From Squalus acanthias (Eukaryota), in contig CM059431.1 in the NCBI GenBank assembly GCA_030390025.1, positions 112,842,001 to 112,906,000 of the forward strand: a stretch of DNA of 64,000 nt. The letters are read 5' to 3'. A model generated the notes under the pieces. The model was not told the origin of the DNA. It did not search any database and saw only the letters and a program-made list of their open reading frames with translations. Below are positions 61,346 through 64,000 of this stretch, in pieces (position 1 is the first letter of the stretch; each line of letters opens with the position of its first letter). Position numbers and translations under genes: made by a program.

Positions 61346-61557
61346 TCCTGTACCAATCACTTTCCCCCTACCAGTCATGCTCACCTCTCTCGGTCAGCCC
61401 CCCCTCACCTGTTGCTTCTCCCCCCACCCCCTCCCAGGACCTACCTGAAGGCCATTGCCCAATTTCTAGGCCATCATATTAATTTGTGAACTGAAATCAT
61501 TAACAACACTCACCTACAATAATCCCATGCAGCGGTGCATTCTACACTCTGGCTAAC

Positions 61558-61630
61558 GATCACACAACATCTGTCCATGATCACACAGCATCTGTCCATG
61601 ATCACACAGCATCTGTCCATGATCACACAA
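61558..61630. repeat. 21-bp tandem repeat GATCACACARCATCTGTCCAT, ~3.5 copies
   Basis: Direct inspection. Confidence 0.9.
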
Positions 61631-62529
61631 CAGCCCAAAGGATTACGTGAATGAAGATATGTCGATATAACTATTTAAACGTTTATTTTTAAGTAGCTGC
61701 GGGAGGGACCAGGGTGGGTCAATATTATTGAAACAAAACCATAAAAACAAATTTTGATGAAGGTCACACCCAAATATTCACCTGTATTTTTCACCCTCTT
61801 TTAGATGTTGCTTAACCTGCGGTGCATTTCAAAGATTTGTTTTAATACAAGAAACTAGATATTGCTGTTGGTGACAATAGCAGAGGAATGCTTGACATGC
61901 ACTTATGACATTTCTCTGTCCGCCATTTTAACAGAGAGGCCAGAATAAAAGGGTTAATTCCCGCTGTTAAAACTGAAGACAGTGGAAATCCATTCAAACA
62001 TGATCAGCATTTCTCTCTTATTATGACCAACCGTAAGTTCTGGCCTAATGTGCTGTTTCGACACCGTCAAAAATGTTTATTTTCTCGTACTGAAATAAAA
62101 ACCATTGCACAAGAACCTGCTTTTGGAGGGTTGAGGGTCTGAATGTTGCGCTGTCAGCAAACTGACAGCGCAAGATGGAGGCAGTCAATCTGTTATACTC
62201 TTATTGATTATGGTCACTCCTCACATTTTCCTTTGGGTGTTGATGGATGGTGCGAGCTCTCTTCCTGCTTACTGCGTGATAACAAAGGGATCTCCATTAC
62301 GAGTGTGTGAGCAAACTGAAAACCACTTTCAAGACAGAACATGAATGGATACTGCAACACACCACAAACAGGCTACCCGTTCACAGCATACCTCAGAAAT
62401 CTTAAATGTGGAGATCTGCATGTAATTCTTTCAATTAAGTAAAATCTGGCACAATTCCAACCCTGCACCCTATTTTGTTTCCAAACCCTAGCAATTTTGC
62501 AAGGACAGTGACAGGAATGCTCAAATAAA

Positions 62530-64000
62530 GGCAGTTCTTGGCCGAAAAAACGGGCGATGTCACAGGCCAGCACTACTTCCTTGTGCCCGTTCAAAGTGGT
62601 CCAGGCAGCAGGCAAAATTCGTGCTGCCTGCTCATTATAATTATTGGAGCGCTGATCTCCGCGCTAAATGTGCTGCTGAATGAGGTCGCCAATATCCGGT
62701 GCAGTCTAATGGTCAGTCATGTTTGGCCTAAGCTCTCTGTAGAACTTAAAGGGGAGGTGCTTTGTTGCAGAAGCACCTCATTATCATCCTAAATGAAGAC
62801 ATGGCTCAGCAACCAAGGGAGCGAGCATGAAGATTTTCGGATGCTGCACTGAACGCCTTGGTCGTGGCCATGCAACGAAGGTGGGCTGTCCTGTTCCCGC
62901 AGGGTGGCAGGAGGCCATCTGAGGCCACTTGCAGAAGGCTCTGGGAGAGATAGCTGACTCCGTCACGGCCACCAGTGTGGTTCCAAGGACATGGATCCAG
63001 TGCCGAAAAATGTTTAATGACCTCACACGGCATGTCAAGGTGAGTGAAGGCTTCAGCAAATGCCATATCCCACCATCTGCACCACAAGCCTCACACACTG
63101 CTCAGTGCACCACACCCCCATCATTCGCCTACCAGCAATCTCTAGCTATCACCACTCATACCTCACAATTATGGCTTCACTTAACAGGAGGGAGCAGCAG
63201 CAGACGGGAGGTGGCCAAGCCGCAATACAAAACCTCACCAACCTGGAGGAATCTGTCCTTGACATTATTGGAGGGGCAGTGACAGAGTTCGTGGCCACCA
63301 GAAAAGTTGAAGCCATTGCTGATAATGACGGTATGGTCATAACTAATCCTTCTTCTCGCATCCCACTTCCCCCTCATCCCACAATCTCTTCTCACTAGCA
63401 AGCTGTTGATGGTGTATGCATGGAAATCTTGCTTCCTGATCCTTGTGCCTTTCTGCCTTCAGATACCCAATAACTGCCAGCAGCCCAGCCTGCCCCTGAA
63501 CTTGTGGAGGAGAATGATGGAGGAGGAGAAGAAGAAGACACATCGGCACTGCATCTGACACTTGCAGACACCAGCTCAGAAAATGGCATATGCTGAGGCA
63601 CCGGGCTTGAGTGGGCTACAGCCAGGCCAGGGGGAAAGGGTAGCTTGGGTGCCAGCTCTCCGGAGGGCGAGTTCGCGCACGGGTTCTGCTGCACAGGACT
63701 CGGGTGATGACCTCGATGGGACAGCCTTCAGAAGAAGGGTGATGGGCAGGCACACGGAAATGCTAGGTGCAAAGGCAAGCCTGCCAGAGAATGTCTTGTC
63801 AGTGTCAAGGAGCATGGAGGAGTCTAGCTCCAACATTGAAGGGGGTTTTGAGCAGAGCTTGGAGTACGTGATTTCCAGGATGGAAATGATGGGCAACTCC
63901 AGGAGGGACCTTGTGGAACCAGCCATGATGCTGCGTGTGATGGGCGATGTAGCGGTTTCCATTGCAGCACAGGTGGAAGCAACCCAACGTCTCACTGCTG
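62530..64000 (+). mobile_element. Harbinger element with spliced Myb/SANT gene (degenerate), runs off the window end
   Basis: ATG 62801 MAQQPRERA*RFSDAALNALV..PRTWIQCRKMFNDLTRHVK|GTGAGT (donor 63040); REQQQTGGGQA..LTNLEESVLDII; acidic third exon after TTCAG. Confidence 0.88.

Noticed and set aside
59942..61489. Five long ORFs (424-515 aa) on both strands
   Set aside because: By-products of a stop-free minisatellite; the peptides are simple repeats

Overview
Eukaryotic genomic DNA made almost entirely of transposable elements. The repeat set (CR1 LINEs, Deu-domain SINEs, Penelope-type terminal palindromes, abundant PIF/Harbinger derivatives) suggests a cartilaginous fish, by inference. No host protein-coding gene can be supported; there is only one weak candidate exon near 27.2 kb. 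Main contents: several CR1 and L2 LINE copies; a young, near-complete GC-rich Ty3/Gypsy provirus (14828-19155, tRNA-Trp PBS, 4-bp TSD); a solo LTR; many Harbinger relics and MITEs; a hAT-type shell with nested elements; a pogo/Tigger-like MITE; minimal hammerhead ribozyme motifs in Penelope-like termini; and a 1.3-kb GC-rich minisatellite. The most striking observation is a full-length single-ORF APE-RT LINE at 32435-35701 (minus strand). It starts with a tRNA-like head (A box, anticodon arm, B box) and has no TTTT run on its sense strand over about 3.26 kb, which suggests an autonomous retrotransposon transcribed by RNA polymerase III. All counts and coordinates were read by eye, and element boundaries without TSDs are approximate.
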